Shown here: in pieces, positions 18,474 through 28,288 of the stretch
Layout: each line of letters opens with the position of its first letter
Numbering within the stretch: position 1 is the stretch's first letter
DNA from: a virus
IMG/VR virus record: IMGVR_UViG_3300033149_003715
Coordinates: 1-64,000 of that record
Reading direction: 5' to 3' (one strand)
Length of the DNA stretch: 64,000 nucleotides
Notes under the pieces: generated by a model
What the model was told of the DNA's origin: nothing
What the model saw: the letters and a program-made list of their open reading frames with translations, nothing else
Database searches by the model: none
Position numbers and translations under genes: made by a program

Positions 18474-20591
18474 ATGCCCACCACAATTAAAACCATTAAT
18501 CGTATTCAGGATATGCTAGATTATGGTGACAATTTGGCGTGGGATGGTACGCATACATTCAATTCTAATATTATTCTATCTGAAGATGGATTGATTGGAA
18601 TTGGGGTTTCTGACGAGAGAATTGTATTTGATGGAAGTGCTGATGCATTGCAAGTATTAGATGCTAATATAGGTATTGGGCGTGCTCCAACTTTTCTTCA
18701 GGGATTTAATCGTGGTGTTGAAATATTTGCGGCTACCAGTGAATATCCGGCTTTATGTTTTTCTGCAACCGATCATAGTGAACGTTATCAGTGGGGAGTT
18801 GATTCAAATGGTAAATTAACATTGGCAACTGATGGTACAACTATTAATTCTCGCATTGTTGAAGTTAATGCAAATGGAGAATTTCGATTAACACAAATTG
18901 ACACACAAACCACTACTAACGTTCCTGCATTAGTTTTACAGCATCGTTTGTCTGGGGCAAATGTTGCTGATGTTGGAATGGGTGTATCGTTAGAGTTTGA
19001 ATTAGAAACTGATGCTGGTGGTACTAATTATACTACTGCTGGTGAAATGCAATGTGTGTGGACTGATGCAACTGATGGTTCCGAAAGTGCAGATTACGTT
19101 TGGCAACTTGTATCGAACGGGTCTACCGCAGAAAAGATGCGGTTGACAAGTAGTGGTAATGTATATGTTGCTTCTGGCTTGTCTGTGGGTAAACTTACTG
19201 CTCCGAATTATTTGATTGATGGTAAATTAGATCAAGATGCACCTACTTATTTATTTATAAACAATGCCAACAATACATCTAATGCAGAGTCCGGGGTTGC
19301 TATTTCAGTTGGAGCAGAACCAGGTTTTGGAGATATAGTTGGATACTTTGTAGCTGTACCGGATAATTATGTCGATAGCAATTTTGCTGGACACATAATA
19401 TTGTCCGGGGGGACATTGGACATATTAACAGCGGGTGGATTTCAGTTGTATGTTGATGACTTAGGTTCTGGTCAATGGAAGTTGTCAGTTGACGGACAGG
19501 GAATCGTAACTAATCGTACTACAGGAGCAAATGAGAGAGGATTCTTATCAGAAGACTACTCCGCTAACGCTTCTTCTGCTGGGATGGTTTTCTATAAATC
19601 CCGCAATACTACATTTGGTTCTCATACTGCCGTACAAGCCGGAGATAGCTGCGGAATTATTAGTGCCTACGGCAGTGATGGAATAAATTTCGACGAAGTA
19701 GCGAGAATCTCTCTCCGGTGTGATTCGATTAGCGGAGGAAACATTGGCGGGGACATTCTGTTCCAGACGGCAACAAGTGGCGGGGTGTTGACGGATCGGA
19801 TGGTGATTGATGAGGATGGGAATGTTGGAATAGGAACGATGAATCCGGTGAAGGAGTTTGATATCTATGGTGATATTATTATGACAGGATCTAGCAGGAC
19901 ACTTTATTCGGGACATTCATCTTTTCCTACAAGATCTTGGTTGCAATTATATTCTCTTAATGAGGGTAATTCAATTCTAAATGCTTATAATGCCGTAATT
20001 CTTAATGCACAAGTTGATGCATTTCCTACTGATCCAATATTAGAGGTGCAAAAAAAAGGTATAACAAAACTATTAGTAGATACTAACGGCGACACTGGTA
20101 TAGGTACAACAAATCCCGGAGCACGACTAGATATCAAAGGTTCAACAAATGATGGAAGCACAAACGTATTGACGTGGCAGGATAGCGATGGGGCCAACTT
20201 GGGTGTGATAGATACGAATGGCAACGTCGGTATCAACGATACCTCACCATCCACGCGACTATCTGTAGATGGTGATTGCTCGATTACCGAAACCGTCATA
20301 ACTGGAGGCTCTCGAATCCACAAGATAACTCGTGAAACAGTTATTACTATTACTTTGGATGATACAGACGAAATTGTAATAGTAGATACTGACAGCGGAA
20401 CAATTACAGTCAATTTACCAGCAGGAACTAATGGACAACATTATCGTATCAGTAATAGTGGAATTAGTGGTAATGATGTTATAATATCACCAGACGGATT
20501 ACAAAAACTTTTTGGTGCCAATGCTGATTTCTTACTGCATGATGGAGAAACAATTGATATTTATTTCCAGAATACGGAGCATTGGTTATGA
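18474..20591 (+). CDS. Fibre/spike protein
   Basis: Repeated GNVGIGT.NP-type fibre motifs; C-terminal TITVNLP..(G)..Y.I module. Confidence 0.75.
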   Translation: MPTTIKTINRIQDMLDYGDNLAWDGTHTFNSNIILSEDGLIGIGVSDERIVFDGSADALQVLDANIGIGRAPTFLQGFNRGVEIFAATSEYPALCFSATDHSERYQWGVDSNGKLTLATDGTTINSRIVEVNANGEFRLTQIDTQTTTNVPALVLQHRLSGANVADVGMGVSLEFELETDAGGTNYTTAGEMQCVWTDATDGSESADYVWQLVSNGSTAEKMRLTSSGNVYVASGLSVGKLTAPNYLIDGKLDQDAPTYLFINNANNTSNAESGVAISVGAEPGFGDIVGYFVAVPDNYVDSNFAGHIILSGGTLDILTAGGFQLYVDDLGSGQWKLSVDGQGIVTNRTTGANERGFLSEDYSANASSAGMVFYKSRNTTFGSHTAVQAGDSCGIISAYGSDGINFDEVARISLRCDSISGGNIGGDILFQTATSGGVLTDRMVIDEDGNVGIGTMNPVKEFDIYGDIIMTGSSRTLYSGHSSFPTRSWLQLYSLNEGNSILNAYNAVILNAQVDAFPTDPILEVQKKGITKLLVDTNGDTGIGTTNPGARLDIKGSTNDGSTNVLTWQDSDGANLGVIDTNGNVGINDTSPSTRLSVDGDCSITETVITGGSRIHKITRETVITITLDDTDEIVIVDTDSGTITVNLPAGTNGQHYRISNSGISGNDVIISPDGLQKLFGANADFLLHDGETIDIYFQNTEHWL

Positions 20592-21013
20592 GCGTATTAA
20601 AATTTGTTGAACCATTAGGGATTAATCGCAGTGAAAAAACTGTTACTTTTTCGGATACCGGGGGTGGATCTATTATACTTTTTAATGTAACCGGTGATGT
20701 AATAGTACGAATTATTCCCGTGTGCGTTGAAGATATTGTTGCGGATAGTACGGCACCAAATATCAAATTGGAAACAGAAAATAATGATGTAATGATTGCG
20801 GATACAGTAGCGGAAGATTTGGTGGCCAGGAAATTGTGGTTAAATACATCTCCTGATAATGAAATTGAGCCGGTTAGTAATATACAGTCATACATTATTA
20901 CCGATGGCAATGATATAGTTTTAACTCTTGATGTCCAAATAGATAGCGGGGGAATTGTTTTTTATTGTTTTTGGTCGCCTCTAAGTACGAACGGACATGT
21001 AGAATCGGCATAG
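20588..21013 (+). CDS. Virion protein, stand-alone copy of the domain that ends the two LamG proteins
   Basis: LFNVTGDVIVRIIPV...DSG.I.FYC.WSP.S..G shared with 21766 and 22937 genes. Confidence 0.7.
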   Translation: MSVLKFVEPLGINRSEKTVTFSDTGGGSIILFNVTGDVIVRIIPVCVEDIVADSTAPNIKLETENNDVMIADTVAEDLVARKLWLNTSPDNEIEPVSNIQSYIITDGNDIVLTLDVQIDSGGIVFYCFWSPLSTNGHVESA

Positions 21014-21026
21014 AAAGGTTACAAAT

Positions 21027-21290
21027 ATGAGACTTATTGATTTATTACAACAACCAGGCTGGAAAAATTTAAATTCAGCACAAATTTTAAAAAAGTTAGC
21101 TACCGAAACCGTAGAAGTTGAACAACCTATTTATTCAGAGCCGGAGTTAATTGAAATAAAGAAAGTTCAAGTAACTCTTGGTAAACATTATGGGTTATCT
21201 GATCTGAGTCCTGGACATATTAAACATGCTAGAGATAGGATTCAATTTGTTAAAACCAACGGTAAAGGTAAACGCGGAAAGGAGAAATGA
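21027..21290 (+). CDS. Hypothetical protein
   Basis: 87 aa, in operon. Confidence 0.55.
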   Translation: MRLIDLLQQPGWKNLNSAQILKKLATETVEVEQPIYSEPELIEIKKVQVTLGKHYGLSDLSPGHIKHARDRIQFVKTNGKGKRGKEK

Positions 21291-21769
21291 TAATGTCTAC
21301 ACTTGGTCTTTCATATGGAACCAAAACAGATATCACTATTACGTTAGCTTCGTTAGCTGATGGGTTGTGGCAACAGTCAGAAGCAATTGATAATAGTAGT
21401 AATTTATTTTTAGATGTATTAGTGGGCGGATTTATTAAAACTGGGGCAAGTGGACCTGGTTCTGGTGATTATGTGGATGTGTATGTAGCAGGTTCAGTAG
21501 ATGGCGGCGATACATTTGGGGGTGATTGCTCTGGAATTAATGAGAGTTATTCCGGGGAAGATAAAAACTTAAAATTTCTTGGGCGAATTTCAACAGAAGA
21601 TGTTTCTACAACATATGAGTTTGGTCCTTGGAGTATTGCTGCGGCATTTGGTGGGGTTATGCCTCAGAAATGGGTATTAGTATTTGACAATGAAAGTGAT
21701 GGGGCTTTAGATTCTACTGGAGCAAATCACGAAGTACATTATCTTGGTGTATATAGAGCTACTGTATGA
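21287..21769 (+). CDS. Putative virion structural protein
   Basis: Beta-rich acidic protein, AAGGAG RBS. Confidence 0.6.
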   Translation: MIMSTLGLSYGTKTDITITLASLADGLWQQSEAIDNSSNLFLDVLVGGFIKTGASGPGSGDYVDVYVAGSVDGGDTFGGDCSGINESYSGEDKNLKFLGRISTEDVSTTYEFGPWSIAAAFGGVMPQKWVLVFDNESDGALDSTGANHEVHYLGVYRATV

Positions 21770-22950
21770 TGTATTCTAAGCCGACACAACCGTTTCTGCG
21801 AAAAGGCCATCCGCTTAACGACGGGCTGGTGGCGGCGTGGTTGCTTGGAGAGGGCGGCGGCGATACTACGCGGGATTTGTCGGGCAGAAGTCTTCACGGG
21901 ACGTTGGAAAATGGGCCGACGTGGGTGGCGGAGGAAATGGGGGGGGCGTTGGACTTTGTGTATGGAAATAACCAACGGGTCGTCGTGCCTTATCGCCCAA
22001 TATTCGATCCCATTGATTCTGATTTTACTGTGATGGTCTGGTGCAAACCTGCTCGGTATTCTATTGGTCTTTTTGGGCGAGAGGACAGGAATACTTGGAC
22101 TATCTATAGCATTAACAGCACTACTACTCACTTTCGGTGCCGGCAAGGCACGCCAATATATAAAGATGTGTGGGCAAATTTTGCTGGCGTAGTTTTGAAT
22201 CAATGGAATTGCCTGATTGGCGTGTTGCGAAACGGCGACGGACTATATGCCTATAAAGAAGGGAAGCTCATTCACTACGTTCCAACCGGAGCCTACGTGA
22301 ATATAGCCGCCTCTGGGATTGATATTTGGATTGGACAAGGACAACGCGGTGATTGTGATGGGCAAATAGGGACATGTGCATATTGGCTTCGTGCCCTCAC
22401 CCCCGCCGAAATCCGCAAACTAGCCGGATTGGATGGCGATCCGTGGGAGCAGTGGCGGCCTTATTCTGCCTTCGGTGGTTATGATGGACCTCTCGTTGTT
22501 CCTGAAACTTATACTCATAACATCCGGTTAGCAGAAGCATTAGGAGCTAATCGAGCCCAAAAAGATGTGACTTTTGATGGTTCGACTGGTGTAATTACAC
22601 TATTTAACGTAACCGGCGACGTGATAGTACGTTTGATACCAGTTGTTACTGAAGATGTACATTCAACCGCTGGAGCAAATATTCGACTTGGCATCACAGC
22701 AGATGATGACGTGATGATTGACGATACAGCAGCAACAGATCTAATAGCACGAAAAATTTGGCATGATATTTTTCCGGATAGTAACATGGAAGACGTAGAT
22801 GTGATGAAATCTTTTGTGATAACTAACGGAAATGATATTCGGCTGACGTTGGATGATCAAGTGGATTCTGGCTCAATATCGTTTTATTGTTTTTGGAGTC
22901 CTATTAGTAAAGATGGCAACGTAATACCTAGCGAAAATGATACAAACTAA
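21766..22950 (+). CDS. LamG/concanavalin-A-like domain virion protein 1
   Basis: GLVAAW..EGGG...DLSG...GTL.NGPTW...RALTPAEI LamG signature plus shared C-terminal domain. Confidence 0.85.
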   Translation: MMYSKPTQPFLRKGHPLNDGLVAAWLLGEGGGDTTRDLSGRSLHGTLENGPTWVAEEMGGALDFVYGNNQRVVVPYRPIFDPIDSDFTVMVWCKPARYSIGLFGREDRNTWTIYSINSTTTHFRCRQGTPIYKDVWANFAGVVLNQWNCLIGVLRNGDGLYAYKEGKLIHYVPTGAYVNIAASGIDIWIGQGQRGDCDGQIGTCAYWLRALTPAEIRKLAGLDGDPWEQWRPYSAFGGYDGPLVVPETYTHNIRLAEALGANRAQKDVTFDGSTGVITLFNVTGDVIVRLIPVVTEDVHSTAGANIRLGITADDDVMIDDTAATDLIARKIWHDIFPDSNMEDVDVMKSFVITNGNDIRLTLDDQVDSGSISFYCFWSPISKDGNVIPSENDTN

Positions 22951-24097
22951 ACCAACACAGCCGTTTCTGCGAAAGGGCCACCCGCTTAACGACGGGCTGG
23001 TAGCGGCGTGGTTGTTTTCGGAGGGAGGCGGCGATACTACGCGGGATTTGTCTGGCAGAAGTCTTCACGGGACGTTGATCAACGGGCCGAGGTGGGTGGC
23101 GACGCCGTATGGGTGGGGGCTGGAGTTTACTTCTGCAAATTCCCAATACATACGGACAAACCCTAAGGTCCGTCAAACCGAACCGCTGAGTGTGATTGCC
23201 TGGGCTACGTATGGTGGTGTAGGCACTATTGCTGGTCAGCGTGGCAACCCTAGCAGTAATGTGGGTTGGACGTTTTCATTCCAGGATCCTCCGCGACTAA
23301 AGTTTACGATATTCGGCGCTGTGGATCAATTCTCGGCAGCCACCACATTCAACTTGGGCGAGTGGTATCAGGTCGGCGTTACTTATGATCGCAGGTATAT
23401 ACGGTTTTATGTGAATGGATGTCTATTAAGCGAGCATGTGGAGACAAGACCTATTACTGCTTCGACGCAGGATTTGCTCTTGTTCGCATCCAACAACTAT
23501 GGCTCACCAGCCGGGTACTACGACGGTCTTGCTGCGATGCAACTAATCTACTCCCGTGCTCTCACCCCCGCCGAAATCCGCACACTCGCCGGATTGGATG
23601 GCGATCCGTGGGAGCAGTGGCGGCCTTATTCTGCTCTAGATTATGATGTACCACTTATTGTTCCCAAAAGTTACCCCAAATCACATCGTTTACGTGAATC
23701 AACAGGCATGAATCGCATACAAAAGGATATAACTTTTTCTGGTGATTCTGGAGCTATACCACTTTTTACTATTACTGGAGATGTAATTGTAAGAATTATT
23801 CCTGTTATTATTGATGATTTGGGTTCTACAGAAGGTGCTAAGATACGTTTAGGTACTACTACCAGTACAAATGCAATTATTTCTGATACGTTAGCTACTA
23901 ATATGGTAGCACGAAAAATTTGGCATGACATATCCCCAAATAGCGAAGCAGAACCAGAAAGTGTGCGGCCGGATTATATTGTGACCGATGGTAATATTAT
24001 TCAATTAAGTTTAGATAAACAAGTAGATTCTGGTTCAATATCATTTTATTGTTACTGGAGTCCTTTAAGTGCAAATGGACGAGTAGAAGGAGCATAA
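22937..24097 (+). CDS. LamG/concanavalin-A-like domain virion protein 2
   Basis: Same signature; WYQVGVTYD...FYVNG...IYSRALTPAEI. Confidence 0.85.
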   Translation: MIQTKPTQPFLRKGHPLNDGLVAAWLFSEGGGDTTRDLSGRSLHGTLINGPRWVATPYGWGLEFTSANSQYIRTNPKVRQTEPLSVIAWATYGGVGTIAGQRGNPSSNVGWTFSFQDPPRLKFTIFGAVDQFSAATTFNLGEWYQVGVTYDRRYIRFYVNGCLLSEHVETRPITASTQDLLLFASNNYGSPAGYYDGLAAMQLIYSRALTPAEIRTLAGLDGDPWEQWRPYSALDYDVPLIVPKSYPKSHRLRESTGMNRIQKDITFSGDSGAIPLFTITGDVIVRIIPVIIDDLGSTEGAKIRLGTTTSTNAIISDTLATNMVARKIWHDISPNSEAEPESVRPDYIVTDGNIIQLSLDKQVDSGSISFYCYWSPLSANGRVEGA

Positions 24098-24101
24098 TAA
24101 A

Positions 24102-24440
24102 GTGGAATTTATTATTGAAATTGAAGATGACAAATACGAACAAATTAAAGAAGCAATTTTACAAGTACACCCTAATGAACAGACAGAGTTAATAGACAAT
24201 CCATATTTTATCAGTAAAGAAGAAACCCCAAATGAGCCTGAAAAAATATCTATCAAAAAATATACCGATGATGGTTGGATAGAACATTTAGCGGAAGCCC
24301 ATTTACTTAGTATCGCAAATACCGGGGCTAAACGTAAAAGGCAACTAGAAATCGAACAGACAGCAGAAAGTTTTGCGGGTAAGATTAAAATCAAAAATCC
24401 GAAACCCAAACCAAAACCAAAACCAAATAAGGAAAAATAA
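24102..24440 (+). CDS. Hypothetical protein with KP-repeat tail
   Basis: 112 aa, AAGGAG RBS, GTG start. Confidence 0.55.
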   Translation: MEFIIEIEDDKYEQIKEAILQVHPNEQTELIDNPYFISKEETPNEPEKISIKKYTDDGWIEHLAEAHLLSIANTGAKRKRQLEIEQTAESFAGKIKIKNPKPKPKPKPNKEK

Positions 24441-25090
24441 TGAGTGCGGCGATTACACACCACGATTCTACCGGATTAATCATGTACGCTGTTTTGGAAG
24501 ACATGAATGGTAGACTTTTTAATGGTACCGGATTTGAAACCGTTTCGGCCAGTCGTTGGAATAATTACGATATTGCTTTATCAGATACAGAAAATATGGG
24601 TATTTATCAGGCTGATATGCCAAATTCTGCTTCTGGTGTTACCCGCGATATTTATTCTGTGGTTGTGTATAAACAATTAGGTGCAAGTCCGGCTATTAGT
24701 GATATTCCGGTAGGTTCAATTCCAGCTTTCGGATGGGATGGTTCTGATGTCGTGGATGCGGTTAATTTAATTGATGACGTATACCATGCGGATTTGTGGT
24801 TTAATAAAGATGACACCAATTCGCAAGACGAGTATACTGTGCAATGGTTTTTAAATGGAGAGCCGCTTTCAACTGGTATTTCTTCTCCTACATTACAAGT
24901 TATTAAACGTACTGATGGTACTGATTTAATTGCAGAAACAACTATGACCGAAATTGACACAATTGGAGCTTATAAATATGACGAGGCAACCAATCGTTTA
25001 ACTGATGGTGAGGCGGCTATTGCTGTAATGAGTGCGACAATTAATGGTTCTGTACGTGTGTGGAAACGTCCCGTTGGTCGTGATGGGTAA
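24440..25090 (+). CDS. Putative virion structural protein
   Basis: Two similar beta-rich halves (..G.Y..D), located in structural operon. Confidence 0.55.
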   Translation: MSAAITHHDSTGLIMYAVLEDMNGRLFNGTGFETVSASRWNNYDIALSDTENMGIYQADMPNSASGVTRDIYSVVVYKQLGASPAISDIPVGSIPAFGWDGSDVVDAVNLIDDVYHADLWFNKDDTNSQDEYTVQWFLNGEPLSTGISSPTLQVIKRTDGTDLIAETTMTEIDTIGAYKYDEATNRLTDGEAAIAVMSATINGSVRVWKRPVGRDG

Positions 25091-25095
25091 ATACG

Positions 25096-25326
25096 ATGTT
25101 AATACGTAAATTAATACCTTTACTGGGTCGGAATGAATATTTTCCTCCTTTTTTAAATGTAAGTCGTACTTTGCCTGTAGCATGGTTAAAAGTTGCAAGT
25201 ACAAGTGTACGTTCTGGAGGTACTTGGGTTCCTTCTGCACGAGGAACAACATGGACATCTCCTGCTAGAAATACTACGTGGACATTAAGTAGTAGAAGTA
25301 AAACATGGACTCCGACCGCGAGATAA
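25096..25326 (+). CDS. Small protein with 9-aa TWxxxxR repeats
   Basis: TWVPSAR GT TWTSPAR NT TWTLSSR SK TWTPTAR. Confidence 0.5.
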   Translation: MLIRKLIPLLGRNEYFPPFLNVSRTLPVAWLKVASTSVRSGGTWVPSARGTTWTSPARNTTWTLSSRSKTWTPTAR

Positions 25327-25329
25327 GTT

Positions 25330-26352
25330 GTGAATATTAGTATAGCAGATATAAAATTTTATGGTAGTTTGAATATGCGGGAAAGTGATTCCGGTATTCA
25401 GGGGGGATCAATTGCTGATAGCGGTTGGGTTGGTAATACTGATTATTCCGTCAAAGTCGTTTTTGATGATTTAAGTTCTGCCAATACTGTTCAGGTTGTT
25501 TCCAGCGATGTAAGTGATACTGGCATTATAACTATTACTGGTCGTCGAGCATCTAATGCAGTTGTGAGTGAATCGCAAGAATTGAGTGGCACAATACCAG
25601 TTTCCACTACAAATATTTTTTCCAGCTTATTGAAGGCTGTTAAATCTGAAAGTACATTGGGTGATATAGCCGTGGAAAATACAGTGGCAACACGTAATAA
25701 TATTGCTGTAACTGGAGTTGGAACTATTAATAATCAAGCGGCATATTTGATACTAGATAGTGGTGCATCTGAAGTTAATGATATATATAATGGACAAGTT
25801 TTAAGGTTGGATAGTGGGACTGGTAGTGGACAAATTAGATCTATTATAGACTATATTGGTTCCAATAAGCGTGCTTATGTTAATAGAGACTGGGATGTTG
25901 TACCTGACAATACTACTGGTTATGTTATCAGCGAAGGCATGGTTTTTGATAAATTACCTGTAGAAATTATAACTATTAAGCGGCCTTTTTATAATGTTAG
26001 TGCTGATCATGAAGCTGGAGATGATAGAGAATACTACGAAAAAATCTTTATTAAAAATACAAATAGTGAAAGAACATATAAAGATGTTAGAGTTATAGAA
26101 GACAATGATCCATCTGGTAAAGTTACGTTTGATTTGGAGAAAGTGGTCGATGGTAATAATACATCATCTAATCGAAGAGTTGCTCCTGCATCTGGTGGAA
26201 TGTTAAGTTCTTTTGACAATGAATATAAAATCGTGCCTGATAACGATTTGGCACCCAGCGGAGCAATTGGTGTATGGTTAAAATTATCTTTGGATGCTGG
26301 TGAAACAGCTACTAACACTAATTATACTTTACGAACTAAAGGAAGGAAGTGA
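25330..26352 (+). CDS. Putative virion structural protein
   Basis: S/T/G/D-rich; LDSGAS..ND.YNG..L...SGTGSGQ.R.I.DY.G..K module seen in phage structural proteins. Confidence 0.6.
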   Translation: MNISIADIKFYGSLNMRESDSGIQGGSIADSGWVGNTDYSVKVVFDDLSSANTVQVVSSDVSDTGIITITGRRASNAVVSESQELSGTIPVSTTNIFSSLLKAVKSESTLGDIAVENTVATRNNIAVTGVGTINNQAAYLILDSGASEVNDIYNGQVLRLDSGTGSGQIRSIIDYIGSNKRAYVNRDWDVVPDNTTGYVISEGMVFDKLPVEIITIKRPFYNVSADHEAGDDREYYEKIFIKNTNSERTYKDVRVIEDNDPSGKVTFDLEKVVDGNNTSSNRRVAPASGGMLSSFDNEYKIVPDNDLAPSGAIGVWLKLSLDAGETATNTNYTLRTKGRK

Positions 26353-26356
26353 TGGT

Positions 26357-26662
26357 ATGGTAAGCATATTAGCACCGGAACATTTATGTAAACAACCTGG
26401 TGAAACTCGTACATATAGTATGGATTTTACTAACTTAATGAGTTCGTCAGAGACTATTCGTGGTATAAGATCTGTAAGTTCAGAGTTAAGGGGTGGTGGT
26501 GCAACTGATTTGACAATATCAAATACTGGTATTTCAGATCAAACAGTAACTATGAATATTGCCGGCGGTACACATTCCAATACTTACAGAATAGAAGTTA
26601 CTGTTGAGACGAGTGCTGATCAAATTATTGAAGCAGATGGTATTTTATTAGTAAGAGATTAA
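26357..26662 (+). CDS. Small Ig-like virion protein
   Basis: KQPGE.R.YSMDF...GG...Y.I...V.TS pattern; start set at ATG 26357. Confidence 0.55.
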   Translation: MVSILAPEHLCKQPGETRTYSMDFTNLMSSSETIRGIRSVSSELRGGGATDLTISNTGISDQTVTMNIAGGTHSNTYRIEVTVETSADQIIEADGILLVRD

Positions 26663-26674
26663 AGGGGATAAAAA

Positions 26675-27196
26675 ATGGCCTGGGAAGATGTAATGGTGCC
26701 TATGTTAAGGGTTTTAATTAATGATGTAGGTGATACTCTTACCTATACAGATGAGCGTTTGGCGGAATTATTACTCGTTGCTGCACAATTCGTGTATCAA
26801 GAATTAGATTTTGTGAACACTTATACTATTAATATTCCGGCATTAACGTTAAGTCCAGATCCAACTTCTAGTGGAACTAAAGAAGATGCATTTACAAACT
26901 TGGTTGTATTAAAAGCGGCATGTTTGGCGGACCAAGGTTTATATCGTAGCAAAGCTGCTGTTGCTGGTATTCGTGCAAAATGTGGTCCAGCAGTTTTAGA
27001 AACTGGTAGACATATCGAAGGGTTTAAAACTTTATTAGAACTGGGGCCGTGTAAAGCATATAGTGAAATGAAGTTCGCACAACAAATTGGTCGTACACCT
27101 GTTGTTGAGGCTGTATTGAGTCCATTTACTAGTAATAACTTTGATCCAAATTATCTTTCGGATGGATATATATACGATAGAGAAAGAATGTACTAA
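26675..27196 (+). CDS. Putative head-tail adaptor
   Basis: LRVLINDV...YTDERL..LL N-terminus typical of head-tail connectors. Confidence 0.6.
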   Translation: MAWEDVMVPMLRVLINDVGDTLTYTDERLAELLLVAAQFVYQELDFVNTYTINIPALTLSPDPTSSGTKEDAFTNLVVLKAACLADQGLYRSKAAVAGIRAKCGPAVLETGRHIEGFKTLLELGPCKAYSEMKFAQQIGRTPVVEAVLSPFTSNNFDPNYLSDGYIYDRERMY

Positions 27197-27198
27197 AA

Positions 27199-28053
27199 AT
27201 GGCTAGCATTGAAGTATATAATGATACAGGGATAAAATATGTTACACCAGAGCCTTTGGCGGGTGATGGTGGTGATTTATTAAATGATAATTTTAAGATT
27301 ATTGCGGATTTTATGGCTGCAACCGGAAGTAATAGAGTTCACGCTTCCGGCGTTGTTTTGGATGGTTCTAATTTTTCTGTTTTTCCTACTGGTGTAGATG
27401 ATGTACAGGAATATATAGACAACTTGGAAGATTCTGGGGTTGCTCTGACGAAAGTGCCTAATACATGGACTGCAACACAAACATTTTCAAGTTCTGTTGA
27501 TTTAGATGGCGGACATACAACGGAATATAAAACAATACCTATTTCTGCACTTTCAATGAGAAGACCAGGTTATTATACTCCAACGTTAACACGTATTACT
27601 GGTGCTGATGTGGAAGATAGTGGTATTTTTACTGAATATTTTAGTTACGATGTTGAAGAATCATTATATTTTTCTGTAGTGGTACCATTTGATTATAAAG
27701 AGGGTACACATATGAACGCTTATGTTAAATGGTTGCCTTCTAGTAGTAACTTTGTTGGTGATGGTATTGAATGGAGTATTGAGTATAGTTGGACAAATGA
27801 AGGTGATTATATTGTACCTTTGGCTACTACACAGATTTCTGATTTTCAAAATTGGGAAACTAATAAATTAATGGTAACAACTGGTGGTGGATTAACTGGT
27901 ACGGGTAAAAAAGCTTTAAGTACAATTATAGGTAGAATATATAGAAATGTTAATGGTCTTTATGATAATCATGCAAGTGATATTGGATTAGTATCATTAG
28001 AATTAAGATATCAATCAGATACTATAGGTGGTGATAGTTATGCTGAAAAATAA
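27199..28053 (+). CDS. Putative virion structural protein (fibre-like N-terminus)
   Basis: LNDNFKII and PNTWTATQTF fibre motifs plus C-terminal jelly-roll-like domain. Confidence 0.55.
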   Translation: MASIEVYNDTGIKYVTPEPLAGDGGDLLNDNFKIIADFMAATGSNRVHASGVVLDGSNFSVFPTGVDDVQEYIDNLEDSGVALTKVPNTWTATQTFSSSVDLDGGHTTEYKTIPISALSMRRPGYYTPTLTRITGADVEDSGIFTEYFSYDVEESLYFSVVVPFDYKEGTHMNAYVKWLPSSSNFVGDGIEWSIEYSWTNEGDYIVPLATTQISDFQNWETNKLMVTTGGGLTGTGKKALSTIIGRIYRNVNGLYDNHASDIGLVSLELRYQSDTIGGDSYAEK

Positions 28054-28070
28054 AAATAAAAGGTGATATA

Positions 28071-28274
28071 ATGAGTCAAGATATTTTCTTAGCTATAGCA
28101 GAGCAATCTATTAAAAATGGCACGTTAAGTGTTTATATTGCTCCTACCGGCATACAAACATATACTGGTCGTGAAAGTGGTTTAGTCATTACATCTACTA
28201 CTGGAGTATTAGATGCACTTTATACAGATCAATTTACACAAATAAGATATTATACTGGTGATGCTGATACATAG
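28071..28274 (+). CDS. Small putative virion protein, [S/T]G-rich
   Basis: AAGGTG RBS; 67 aa; five TG/SG dipeptides. Confidence 0.55.
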   Translation: MSQDIFLAIAEQSIKNGTLSVYIAPTGIQTYTGRESGLVITSTTGVLDALYTDQFTQIRYYTGDADT

Positions 28275-28288
28275 TAGGTAATAAACTA

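Noticed and set aside
21766-24097. Diversity-generating retroelement TR/VR pair
   Set aside because: Differences between the repeats are mostly synonymous and not adenine-specific, both copies are coding, and no reverse transcriptase is in the window.
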